Of a stretch of DNA of 64,000 nt, positions 12,201 to 24,476 are shown one piece after another (the first letter of the stretch is position 1; each line of letters begins with the position of its first letter). The position numbers and the translations under genes were made by a program. The stretch covers positions 248,001 through 312,000 of the forward strand of contig JAQGDQ010000131.1 of assembly GCA_030141605.1 (NCBI GenBank), given 5' to 3'. The notes below the pieces were generated by a model. The model made no database searches. It saw only the letters and a program-made list of their open reading frames with translations, and was not told where the DNA came from. This stretch comes from Tubiluchus corallicola (taxonomy: Eukaryota > Animalia > Priapulida).

Positions 12201-15200
12201 TGTCTTGAAGACAGTCGAGTGAAATTTGGCGTTATTGCAAAGTTTAGTAGGAAGAATATTTTCTGTCATAAATTGAAAAAATATGTACTAAACAAATTCC
12301 AGCTGTACAATGGTGAATTTTCTTCTTTTTGATTTAGATAAATAAATATTAAACTTGCTTATTTACATTTGATTTACGTTTAGTTTAAACCGTTTATTAA
12401 GTAATTTATGTTAATACTTCTCTGAGTGCCCCATTAACTTGTTCCATTACTAATGCACAGAATGTAAGGTAGACTTCTCTCAGAGTAACAGCATATAGCT
12501 GGCTCGTAGTAAACAAATTAATAAATGTGACACACATTGCAATAAGAACACTTGTTTTTCTGTTCATTTATAATCCCCATAAAATAAAGTCTGTAATGCA
12601 CATGCAAAGATAGATAATTGTTAATTACAAGAACAAAAACAATAAAAATAAAATTCACACTATTATTTTGGTGTTTTTCAAGTGTTTCTTATTGTACAAA
12701 TTTAGCTAATTAACATTTTTTATTGTCATTGCAGAGTGGTTCAACACTTTGAACTATATCGATACTGTCTGACTCACCCACAGGAAGAGCGGGTTATTCA
12801 AGTTGAGGTGAATATGGGGGGACGCTTGTCAATGTTTTTTCTTGACGATGTGTTGTCTTGTCAAATCAAAGTGAATCTTAATGCGATAACTTACATTGCT
12901 AACTGATGATAACCTTGCATTGATAATTAGAATTATGTCGCAATATTTAGCAATGCAATTGTGCTTTGTGAAGTAAACAGTCATGAATCTTAAAAAAATT
13001 ATGCACTAAAGTTAAATGTAAGTGCAGCTTGTTTTTACCTATTTGTTTATTTGGAGTTGTTTTGTGAATAATAAAAAAAATTGAAATTTGATCATTAACC
13101 TGGGAGGCTCAAAAAGTGTCTGCATTAGAGGTGAAATAAATTTCCAGTTTAACTGAATGGCAGCAAATCTATTAACAAATTGTGAGCATAAATATCACAG
13201 CAACATTATTATTGGGAACAATGAGCTGTAAGCTGTTATTATAATTGTCACTGGATTGTTTTATCAATTTTGAAAATTTACCAAATTTTGAAACTTTACA
13301 TTCCTACCCAGTTGGATAAAAAATGGTCAGCATTTTTTATTTCTTTTTCAAGTCTGCTTCCTATTGTAGCAAACTGTTTCATATAAATCACTTTTCCACC
13401 CGCCAGCCATGCACCCCACCATCCGAATGTTCCTGTGTCGTATATAACATGGTCACACCGGGTCATTATACCAAGGTCAACTATGGCACTGTTAGTTTCC
13501 ACAAATTCTTTAGGTAAATGACTAGGAAAGTTTGCTTTACACCAATAAATATCATCGCTCAGTATTAAAAACACCACATCTTTCATATTAAATTGATCCA
13601 TTGCTTTTTCAAAATATGAAACATTAGCAGTTCTATAACCAAATTCGCCGTATTTCAAAAAGTCTCCCCGTCTCACGTGGACAGCGACGTAAGTTTTATT
13701 CATGCCATGCTTACTTTTTATGTCTTCAAACCTGTTGTTAATTTGTGGTCGCAGGGTTTGCTTGATGGAGAATTCTCTTAGTATTTTCTCGTGAATATGA
13801 CTAAAGTATTTGTAACTTTGTAGGTAGCCATACACAATTGTATCTTTATTGTTTGTAGATGTTGCTTTCAGTTTCTTCACTAGTCTGTTGTCATACTTTC
13901 CCGCTGCCCTTTCATAGAGCATCAGTGGATTCTCGTTCTCCCACGTATCATTTAACGGTGAAAGAGATAGTTCAAAACTATTTGACAAGGGCAGATTTGG
14001 TGGTATTTTTGCTTCAAATCCATGCATTTCTGCTAAACCCATCAATGATGCATACATAAACATTTGGTTTCCTATTCCACCTTTGAAGTTGACACTTAGT
14101 ACTGGCTTCTTTAAAATATTCACTGCCACCTCTGTCACACTGCGGGCATCACAGTCATTGTGCAGTTCTGGCTGTTTTTTCTCTTTATTGTTTTTTTCAT
14201 TAAAGCAACTTCTTGTTTTCCTAGGTGTGTGGTTTTCGACAGTGGCTTTTTGGTGATACATGACTATCAAACAGGCTAGCAAGAGAAAAATTACAGCAGA
14301 TATGTGATGCAAAGTTTGAACAAAACCTGCCATGCTCTTCAGAACTAACTCACATTTTTTACGCAGTCGAATATATCACAGAACACTTGTGTATTTTAAT
14401 CGCATAGAATAAGGAAATTAAGCACATAAGTTCCATCAGATCATGTACTTGTTAGCACCTGCCTCACTACTTCCTCATCATAACGTAACAACTGCCGCTA
14501 GGAGGCACTTCCACTAGAGAGACAAGGTTTGAGAGAAAACGATTATAATAAAATGCTGGACAGAAAACGAGAGATAAAATGATTAACAGAGGCTTAATGA
14601 GAGACAAAACTATGGGCAAAAAGCCTACATATAAGCTTCTCCCTGTTGATCTACAGTAATTATTGTGCAGTTTATGAATAACTGACCATTCGTTGGTTTA
14701 CCTGATATTTATCCAGGTTACGCAAGTGTTTGTAGACCTAGTAATTATGCACACAGTAAAGTCAATACCTGTAAATTGGTTAGCACTGTTTTGACCCATA
14801 TATGGCTCGGGAAAGTACAAGTTTTTCAATGAACGCTAACGGCATTTATAGTGTTGCGGCCACTGTGCAAAACATCAAAGTTGCATATCCATCAAATTAA
14901 ATTCTCTCTGCTGAGAAGTTTACTATTAAATTCTAATCAGTTTTTCCAGTGCAGACACATGTACACTCATTTATTGCTATTATTTTTCATGGTTTTGCTT
15001 TTGCACCATTTACAATATCTTTCTATGACTGTGTGTTAAGTGCACATCAGCATGATACATAAATATTATAAGTAATGAATAAAACGTCATTTAAAGCAAC
15101 TGAACTTGAATAGTGTTGACTGTAGCACAAACATATGTTCATTCTGATTTTCCAGTTTGACCTGTACACTATACAGCTGCTGTGTTCTTGTTGGCTTAAT

Positions 15201-17513
15201 GGTGCATTCAAGTGGAACATGAGTATGTGATGTTTGAGTGAGTTCTCTTTAAAGTGTGCTTGCTATTCAGTCCAGGGGTTATTGCACTGCCAGGCATATC
15301 TGTCACACTAGATAAAAACAATTGAGTTTATAGACAAATGTGATTAAGAACTTGCATAGTTTGCAACGAGAAAAGTGCCACAAAGTTTACATTGTTAAGA
15401 TTTTGATCTTACTAATTCCTGCAATTAAGTTATAATCATTTCCTTTATAAAAATTATTTAGGCCAATTGCTTTTTTGATGATTTGTGGGATCCACCAAGT
15501 AATCATATGTTTAGGCACACTGATAATTTGTTACGTACTGGAAAATGGTAGTGTACTTTTGGAGTAGTGAAAAATGTGCAATGTACCTTTAATAAATTCT
15601 AGATCATGTACAGATGGTAAATCTATCAATACGTTTTAGCAGAAATGAGTGAGTAACTATACGATAAATCTAGTCGACAAATGAATGGGTGATCACGCAG
15701 AAAACTGCCCTTGGGTTCTTTTAGGTAGTTTTCATGCTTTAGTGAGAAAGTGGTGGTGACAGTCTTGTTCAAGTGATGATGATGATGATGATGGTAATGA
15801 TGACGATTATGTTGATGATGATGGTGATGATAATAACGATAATACCAGTACTTCTTTGTTTATTTCCAGATCTGGGCCTGTAACTGCACCTCAATATGCA
15901 ATGAAATGTGATGCATTATAAAAGTTTACAACAGTAATCTGTTTCAACAATACCTACCTTTTCACTAAAATTTTTTACACCTAGTTTGTGATGTGAAAAA
16001 CAGTTGCATCGTAGTACGTGAGTAGTTGCTTGGCTGATCTACTAATGATATGACAAACTGTTTTGTTTCTTACAAACATTTTATATTTTCAGCTTCCTGT
16101 GTACAAGCCACCTATATCAGCCATGGATCCACTTCCACTGAATGAAAGCTTACCTGAAGAAGTGTACCTGGAACAGCTAGCCTTGGCAAATCAACCCTCT
16201 CTTTCAGAGACGGAAGTACAAAAGGTGAGTATACATTATTGCCATACATCCTTTTATGAAACTTGACACTTTTGGTGTTCAATGGGTCAGAAATCAGTAT
16301 GTTTAAGATCACGATTGGTTCACGCTACATTCTTGCGGAAATAGGCTGAACAAGAAGTGATCAGTCCAAGAATGGTCTCAGATGCATGCATGCACCCATC
16401 CTTATTTCTTGGAGTCTCCAAACCGACCGTGCAAGTGACTTTATATAAATGTTTTAACTTATGCAAGTATTTGGCTTGTATTTACACACATACTATGTAT
16501 TGCTTTAAGAGATTTTGCACATAGATTTATCTAATCTGAATACTTGTTGTAATACTGAAGTGTATTCAGTTGCATCGTGAAAGGCTGGAAGTGTTTATGG
16601 TATGTTAGCATCAGTAATATGAATAGGGTAACACAAATGGTGACTGCACAAGTTTAACATTGTTTCATGTGGTCTCATCCATATAAGGATTATTTTTGCC
16701 TTGTATTGTCTAAAAAATTTGTAATTAGGCAAGAATTTTATAATTTGTTAAACTGGTAGTTAATTAAATGTCAACTGTTCCTCCTTTCAAACTTCTCTTT
16801 TCATTCTGATATTCACTGTCTGTGTAATGTTTATAATTATGTTAACGTTTGGATAATTACACTGACATTCTTATTATTTTGCTCTTTAGAAAGGAAAAAA
16901 GAAATCAAGTAAAAAGAATTTAAGTAGGAGTTCATCTCCGATGCTTAAAAAGTCCAAATCTCGACGATTAAAAAGAAAAAAAGGAAAGGAACGATCAGGA
17001 AAAAAATCAAAGTCCCCGGCACCAAAAAAATCTCAATCGCGCAAAATGTTGGAATCCCCTTCACCAGAAAAATCTCGTCCAAGCAAAAAGAAAGAGACTT
17101 CAAGAAGAAAGTCAAAATCTCCACCACCGAAGAAATCTAAATCTGTTAAAACATTGGAATCACCGTCACCAAAGAAATCTAAATCTGTTAAAACATTGGA
17201 ATCACCATCACCGAAGAAATCTGACTCTGTTAAAACATTGGAATCACCGTCACCGAAGAAATCTAAATCTGTTAAAACATTGGAATCACCGTCACCGAAG
17301 AAATCTGACTCTGTTAAAACATTGGAATCACCGTCACCGAAGAAATCTAAATCTGTTAAGACATCGGAATCGCCTTCAGTGAAGAAATCTAAATCTGTTA
17401 AGATATTGGAACCACCGTCAGAGAAGAAATCTGAAACGAGTGGCATATCGAAATCGCCATCCCCGAAGAAGACTAAACATAAGAAAAAGTCTCCGAAACG
17501 AAAAAAGAAATAA
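9210..17513 (+). CDS. CLAMP/flagellar C1a-32 domain protein (C8orf74/CFAP119/CABCOCO1 family) with C-terminal SPKK-repeat basic tail; exons 9210-9286, 9502-9671, 11861-12092, 12735-12807, 16093-16224, 16890-17513 (435 aa)
   Basis: All five introns are GT-AG with matching phases (2,1,2,0,0); CDS totals 1308 nt. Motifs DLRHLSILDALIYAIRWAQEEDFS, IDYIRNTVVQHFELYRYCLT and VELPVYKPP..PLPL match the CLAMP family pattern (from recall). AATAAA near 17619. Confidence 0.8.
9847..10904. repeat. Near-identical ~520-bp tandem duplication (copies 9847-10370 and 10384-10904) in intron 2
   Basis: Direct comparison shows only about five small differences; 13-nt junction tttaaagtgtttc. Confidence 0.92.
9859..11090. 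mobile_element. Possible TTAA-flanked MITE (Kolobok-like) containing the duplication
   Basis: Subterminal inverted match aaaattcgccttgaaattttatattactt (~9892) versus 11022-11051; right end ...gtcctttaa. Left boundary uncertain. Confidence 0.45.
13296..14333 (-). CDS. Galactoside alpha-1,2-fucosyltransferase (GT11, FUT1/FUT2-like), intronless, 345 aa
   Basis: N-terminal type II TM segment; motifs GGIGNQMFMYASL, GYLQSYKYF, HVRRGDF, SDDIYWCK, DLGIMTRCDHVI, GTFGWWGAWLAGG. Confidence 0.95.
   Translation of the reverse strand: MAGFVQTLHHISAVIFLLLACLIVMYHQKATVENHTPRKTRSCFNEKNNKEKKQPELHNDCDARSVTEVAVNILKKPVLSVNFKGGIGNQMFMYASLMGLAEMHGFEAKIPPNLPLSNSFELSLSPLNDTWENENPLMLYERAAGKYDNRLVKKLKATSTNNKDTIVYGYLQSYKYFSHIHEKILREFSIKQTLRPQINNRFEDIKSKHGMNKTYVAVHVRRGDFLKYGEFGYRTANVSYFEKAMDQFNMKDVVFLILSDDIYWCKANFPSHLPKEFVETNSAIVDLGIMTRCDHVIYDTGTFGWWGAWLAGGKVIYMKQFATIGSRLEKEIKNADHFLSNWVGM
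17130..17465 (+). repeat. Coding 42-bp tandem repeat (KKSKSVKTLESPSP, 7-8 copies)
   Basis: Unit aagaaatctaaatctgttaaaacattggaatcaccgtcaccg repeated in frame, with K/D variants. Confidence 0.95.
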
Positions 17514-18195
17514 ATCAGCGGGCAACTAAACATTTATGCACCATTTTTTCGTTTTGATACGTGGCATGGTGAATTAGGCAATGTTTATCCTCACTCATGT
17601 ATCTGCTATCACAATCTTAATAAATTTCTACATACTGTCTTCTCACCTTAGTATCAATGCAAAAAGAGAAATATGCAAAAATAAAGAAAATGTTATGAGC
17701 TGTGTACCGTGTTAAGTTCTGGCATTCAGATCAAAGGTCTGACAGAATGTGTTGGTGCTAGAAATGTATTATTAAAATTTTGTGATGACATGAATTGTAT
17801 GTATTATTCAAACAGTTTATTTTTTAAAATTTCATACAATAATAATTTTGTTTTGTTTTATTTATTTTGTTGTGACTAGTTTATTTTTTATGGTATTATT
17901 ACAAAAAACATTTTTTTTATTTTCTAGATAGGCTTACCAATGGGAATAATAAGTCAGAAAATAACTTGTAGGTGGCGCTCGGCGATCATTGTTAGTAGGG
18001 TAGCAGGGCTAATTCGTTGCTCCGATTGTTACTTAGAGAAGATACAATCATTATGTGAAACATGTTTTCATACGAATATAGTCCCGTCGTACGTACTTTA
18101 AATGTTAAACTTTGCGCTATGTATAATTCAAAATACAACGTAATCATTATAGTATACAAGACAGTATGTAATAACAGATGGTCCAGAGAAACGGG

Positions 18196-18325
<130 letters not shown>

Positions 18326-18689
18326 TGAGTATAATAAATGTGCTAAACTTACGGTATCTAAAGCTATAATTGTTTAGGTCAACTGCGCAAGAGGAAATTT
18401 AATTCTCAAATCAAATGATTTATATGATTTAAATCATTTGATTTGAGTATTTGAGTAGTTTTTGAATTTGTTAACTCAAAGCGGAACTACAAATCGGGCA
18501 TTGCACCTCTTAATTACAGTAGAATCATGATTAAACACCCGCATTTTAACCGAAGTGGGTGACGACAATAATGCAGGGTGGCTCTTTTATAAGCAGGGTT
18601 CTCTTTCACGTTTTTAAAGCTAGTCAAAATTTTTCAGTAGATAGAGTTTTTCTGCACAAAAGAAACTGAAGCCAAAAGAAAAACAGCCA

Positions 18690-19380
18690 TGCACACTCCT
18701 GGCGGTTTCCCGAGGATCATGTTTGTGAATTTGGCGAAGAACTTAGCCTTATCTTTGAGTATCATGAATGCGTCTACTATTATATATATACAATATAATA
18801 TAATATAATATATATTACATACTATATATGCTAAATATATATTATATTATATCGACAGTGTAAAAACAATTAGGTTTTTCATAACTTGATATAAAAGTCC
18901 CAAAATAAAAAAGATCTACTTGTACTCAGATCTACTCAGCTTTTATAATGTATAAATACGTGGAGAAAGGATTTACACCATGGCAAAAGTGATGTCATAG
19001 ACTTTGAAAAAACATTCGACAGCGTGGTACATTCGAAACTTACATGCAAACTGGTAACGTACGGAATATCCTAAATACGCTTAGAGTGGATTTGATCTTT
19101 CCTGTCGTACACAAAGAGTAATAATTATAATAGAAAACGATTTTTATTAACATTATTTTCAGGCACGATTCAAGCATCTGCTCTGGCCGCTGTCCTTGTT
19201 TAAATGGCATGTTAGTGTTAAACATTTGTTAGACTATGCGCAGGTGATGTTTAGATTTTCGTTACATCGGACCAACGGACGACATTGGAAAAATCTGTTC
19301 TAAGCACAGTAGCACCTAAAAATGGGGCTGGCAAATGGCAATTCAACATCGCCGCGCACAAGTGCCTTATTGTGCTTATT
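18690..19380 (+). mobile_element. Decayed CR1/L2-type LINE reverse transcriptase fragments
   Basis: Colinear degenerate motifs: TPGGFP..NLAKNLALSLSI, DVIDFEKTFDSVVHSKL..KLVTYGI...WI.SFLS, GTIQASAL (GVPQGSVL-like), GAGKWQFNIAAHKC; contains stops and frameshifts. Confidence 0.75.
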
Positions 19381-21050
19381 TGTCATTAAAATCTGCAACG
19401 TTAGTATTTTTATGTAATGATAGATTAGAAGAAAATGTTGGCTATCGCAATTTGGGCATTACGATTTTTGTTAATATAAAATTTTAAATTATTGAGGCAT
19501 TGTGAATTTAGTTACGACTGGTAATTTTGAGGCTCCTGTAAGTGCTTTCAGCCTAGGTGGCCTTCTTCAACTAATTATTCTTTTTGAATACACTGTTATT
19601 ATTATTTTATAATACATACAATTCTTAATACAGTAGCTATGAATAAGATCGCTGTTTACAAAACAGTTTGATTCGTTTATATGTAGGTCACATAATGTTC
19701 ACATTTATTTAGCCCTAGTTTAATAAGTAAACTACACTACTTTTCTACTTATTATGTAGTAAAAATGTTTCAGGCAAGAACAAAACATAAACAATACTTT
19801 TACATGTAGCCTACAAGCAGGCATTTTTTATTATTGACATTATTATTTACAAAACTTAACAATTACACTGTAATATAAAAACGTACATCGTAAGAATACA
19901 ATATCAATAGCTTAATCGCTTATTAAAAATTGACAGTTTTCAGCATGGACAGCCGTAGGAATATACAATACACACTTTATTATTAAATCAAACGCAGATG
20001 ACATGGCGAATAAAAATATTAGGCATACAATATACTTATTATAGCAGTCGAAAGGAGAAGGTCAAATTTGCTATAGATCCGGCACCATGATAAAAATAAA
20101 TTTCAAATCAGATTATAATTTCCATTCTATATGAAACTACAGCAATGCATCAAAACGTAATTCATACGTAACCTATTGCTTGAGTTTGCACAAATATGGC
20201 TCAGTTTCTTTAACTACAGCATCTATAACCACGAAAATCTAACATTTATTCCCATTTGTAATTGCCTTAGATTAATGATAAGGAATCTGACGCTAGATGC
20301 ATCTTTTTAATCATGTATATAGGCAGTCCATACTAACGAAGCTAATAGACATACACTTCTCCAAATCTGTAAATCTGTTTGGAAATACATATCGAAGATG
20401 TAAGTGGCTGGTGGTGAAATGTCGCACAGGCGTATACAATCCTTCCTATCATTCACCTTAGTAAGTAGTAAGCTCGCAAAAGTTAAATCTATCAACGGTG
20501 GTTGCGATGGGGAAGACCGGGGCAAGTTCAAACCGGGCACATCTGGCTTCTTCAACGTATCACTTTTGAGTGCAAATCATTCATGACTGTAGAACAGACT
20601 ACTAGGTGTTACTAGAAAGGAACTTTCAGAGACGCAACTCATTTAATTTAGATTTTATGACGATTTTTGTAATAGGGGGTTCGGTGGGGGGGGGGGGGGC
20701 TGACTGACCCGGTCTCCTCTAATTTTAAAATATTTCTGAAACTTATCGTTCAATAAGAATGCTGTACTGAAAATGGAAATAAGTAGGTTTTCAGTTGGCA
20801 AAACTTTTCCACAGATTGAGGTTGCCTTTTTTGTTGCCCCAAATGTAGACGCAGCTTAACTTTCCTTTTTAGTGGATTTGAAATCAAAATTTTCAGTAGC
20901 TCAATATGTACAGAAACGTAGCAGTTCAAGCCAAATTTGTCATAGGAATGCAGTCTGTGTATCTAGTCTAAAGTCTTCAACCTAAAAGAGACATCGAGAT
21001 ATGTGAACCTAACACTGATTTTCACCCGGATGTGATACTTCGTCCACCAT

Positions 21051-21186
21051 CTATTCTTCATTATTGTATTTCTGCACGACACAGAAGCTGTTTTCTGGCC
21101 TCCATCCACGGCAACAATACTTGTTCCTGCCAAGCCCACAAGGGCGAACTGTGATAGCACACTGACGCTCTTCCCGTCGCTGGCCG
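21051..21186 (-). CDS. Alternative (duplicated) terminal exon B of the astacin gene
   Basis: Acceptor ttttttcttaag|C, same phase 2 as exon A. Encodes SGQRREERQCAITVRPCGLGRNKYCCRGWRPENSFCVVQKYNNEE*, paralogous to exon A SGQVLVEKRDCNVTVRSCGKGIKRTCCKGWRPRRSSC. Confidence 0.75.
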
Positions 21187-21477
21187 CTTAAGAAAAAATG
21201 TCTCATTACAATAATTTCAACTTTTCAAATTATCAAATATTGTTAAAAAAAGTTTACTTTTAAGTTTTTCATCAATAGATGACGCTGAGATCGTGCATTA
21301 AGAATACAATAGTGGTAACTAGATTTCATAAACTAGCAAATTTAACACAAATTTGTGTTACAAGATTCCATCACCAGACGACACCACCAATAGCGATCAT
21401 ACAGCAATGATGATGATAGTAATGATGACGATGATGAAAATTGCGACGATGACCATTATGATGACGTCGGTGTTAGT

Positions 21478-23669
21478 TTAGTCAGTTAATGAGCGAACGC
21501 TTCCAGAAAATTGGCGCTTAGCTCGCACCCTAAAGGGCAACCGGGGTGTGCAGCTGGAGCGACGTGGACGCCATCCCTTGCAGCAGGTTCTCTTTATGCC
21601 TTTACCACAAGATCTGACGGTGACGTTGCAGTCACGCTTCTCCACCAATACCTGCCCACTTGGAAACAGATACAAAAGTCAGTATGGAAAACAAGCATTA
21701 GTAAGTAAATAATGATGATGACAACAACATGAAAACTGAATCCACGCTGCCGCTACGTCTCATTTTATCTCATTTTATCTCGCTTGGTATTAGTTTAAAT
21801 CTTAAAAAATAAAGAAACCCTATGGAGTGTGCAGATAATTTGTAACATTTTATAGCAATTTTTTCCACAGCTTGCTATTCTCTGATTCGCCACTGTTTTT
21901 AAATTTTGCATACCTACATATACTGTGGTGGTGAGTGTTGGGCGAACCTGTAAGTACTTCTGTGCAGTATTGATGAGCTTTTTTTCTTTTTTACACAGTG
22001 TGACACTTTGCAAAACAGAATTCAGGATTGAAATGGAGGACCTTCTTAGTTGTTGTGGCAGGACTGGATTCTAAGATAAGATGATGAATTTGCAGGTGTC
22101 TAAACCAAATTCGACTAACCATTTCACTTTCAGCGGGAAAATAAGAAATGAAACTTGGCAGAATGAAAACTGAACCTTCCATTTACTATCCTGGTTAAAC
22201 GTTCAATAAGTTTGGGCGTTAAGCGTACACCGTAAGGCTCGTGACCACTCGTCTATTCTTACCAGTACAGTGTCTTGCTCAGAGACAAACGGTTTTCATA
22301 TGAGATTATCAATTTGCTACGAACTTGCTATTATCCTGTTTCACTGTGGTCGTTTGAAATGTCATATTTTCTCTTTTTTTAATCATGGATTTTTCATTAC
22401 TAATTGTACCTATTTGAATTTGCTTTGTATCAAATTGTTAAAGTGTGACATCAGAGTTCTAAAATTGCACTTTGCCCATTGAAAACCATCAAAATTTTAA
22501 AATTGGCTTGGTGATATGGTGCCATGATTTGTCTGCCAAGATGTGATTTTTCGCATAGAGCCAAAACCATACCGAATTTAACTTGAATTTAAGTTACTCG
22601 TACCTAAATTATGTCAGCTTTGGTTAACTATGAGAAGGACAACAGCAACAACAATAGAAAATAAGTAATTGCAAAAAAGAATTCGGTGCAAACAAAAAAC
22701 CTTACACGTGAGACAGCGTGGATTAGTATTAATGTGCAGCAAACACAATGTGTGCAATAAGCATGCTTTAATCTAACTTTCACATTTTCTGAATATTTGT
22801 TTGGGCAAATGGCCATTCATTGTAAAAACTCACACATCTGTTCAATGACCAAACAGCACAAATTTGTCTGAGCGAAGCTTCAAAGCATAATCAACGACGA
22901 CACTTATCAAGAATAATCCTCTTAGCAGGGAACCACGTTCGGATATATGAAAAACATGGACATCTTCCCAGCGCGAGAAAAATAATCAGATGCACGACGG
23001 CAGATATAATTACCAAAAAGCAGCTTTTCAGGCGGCGGTCATCAATTCACGTACAAACCAAGCGGCTTCTTGTTTAACTGCTGCAGGGAAGTGCCCACTG
23101 CTATTTTTTGCGGAGTAAAATTCTTAGTGTTTGAATTACAATTTAAGCCAAGAATGTTTAGGAGATTTGGATGGATGCAGGTAATAAGCTGCGTGTATAG
23201 GAAAATAAATTCTCACACTTTTCCCATTGGAAATATACAACACAATGTAGTTGTAGCTGGATTGAGTCATTTATTGAAATTTGTGCTGAGACAAATTTTT
23301 GTCACCTTAAAGTAAAAACAGATCTGTGAATTTTAAGTTATGTATGGTTATTTGTCCAGACGAATTTTAAAGTCAAAACTCAGCTTAACCATTAACATTA
23401 AGCAAGTCGCAAGAATATTAATTGATTAATATCAAATATGACAGAAAATTAGATGATTAATACTTCATTGATTAGATCATTTTGAGAATCTGACGTGCGT
23501 TATCTGAGGATGATAAAAGGGAATTGTTAACAGAATTTGTTAATCAAATATAAAGTAATGATGATAGTAATCATTAAACAACAAAGATATTGAAGGTATG
23601 TGAGGTATTGGACACAAAATTATTGCAGAGCATAATTTCAACACATACAAAAGAGAATGGAATATGGAA

Positions 23670-23710
<41 letters not shown>

Positions 23711-24444
23711 GAAAACTGATAGAAAAAAGAGAAAATAATGGAAAGAGAAAGCACAAGAGAGAAACAAGAATGGGAAAGGGGTGAAAGAGAAAAATAGAAC
23801 ATAACGAAAAAAGAGAAATCAATGGAGAGCAAGAGCGGTAGAGAAGCAGAAGGAGAGAAAAAGAGAGCTGCTATTGGATGTTAACATACCTGCAGTTACC
23901 ACTATGACACTCTCTTGTCCTGGACTGAGTACTGCAACCACATGTTTGACTGCATTCTGTCCATTCCGACCATTCTTCCAAATTAGAATCATTTTCTCTC
24001 AAGTCTTTGGTCACTCTATTCGCTCTGTTTACGGTCAACCTTGAAGCTGCATTTTCGTTATTTAAGGCTTTTGATGTTGACCGCAACCGTCCTCTACGTC
24101 TGACAGGAGGCCGTCTTTTTACAAGACCTTTTTCAGTTTGTGAGGATATTGTCTTCACTTTTGAAGTAGACCGTCTTTTTGAAGCGAGAGATCGATTTAG
24201 GGACCTGGGTCTTGGTGTACTGGAACTAGAAAGCGATTTTGTTGTTCTTCTCCTAGCTATTATTGTTGTTGTCGTCATAGTTGTTGGCTTTGTACTAGAT
24301 ATGGGTTTAGGAGTAGTAGTAGTAGTAGTAGTAGTTGTTGTTGTTGTTGCTGTAGTTGGTTTAGGAGTAGTAGTAGTTGTGGTTGTTGTTGTTGGTGATG
24401 GAGTTGTTGTTGTCATTGGTGTAGTAGTAGTTGTAGTAGTAGTA

Positions 24445-24476
<32 letters not shown>

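Noticed and set aside
17033-17533. 166-aa antisense ORF with DFFGDGDSNVLT repeats
   Set aside because: Mirror of the coding 42-bp repeat; no independent gene evidence.
20307-20590. Short ORFs or a third astacin terminal exon (acceptor near 20587 giving SHE*)
   Set aside because: No recognisable motif or homology to exons A/B; more likely 3'UTR or intergenic.
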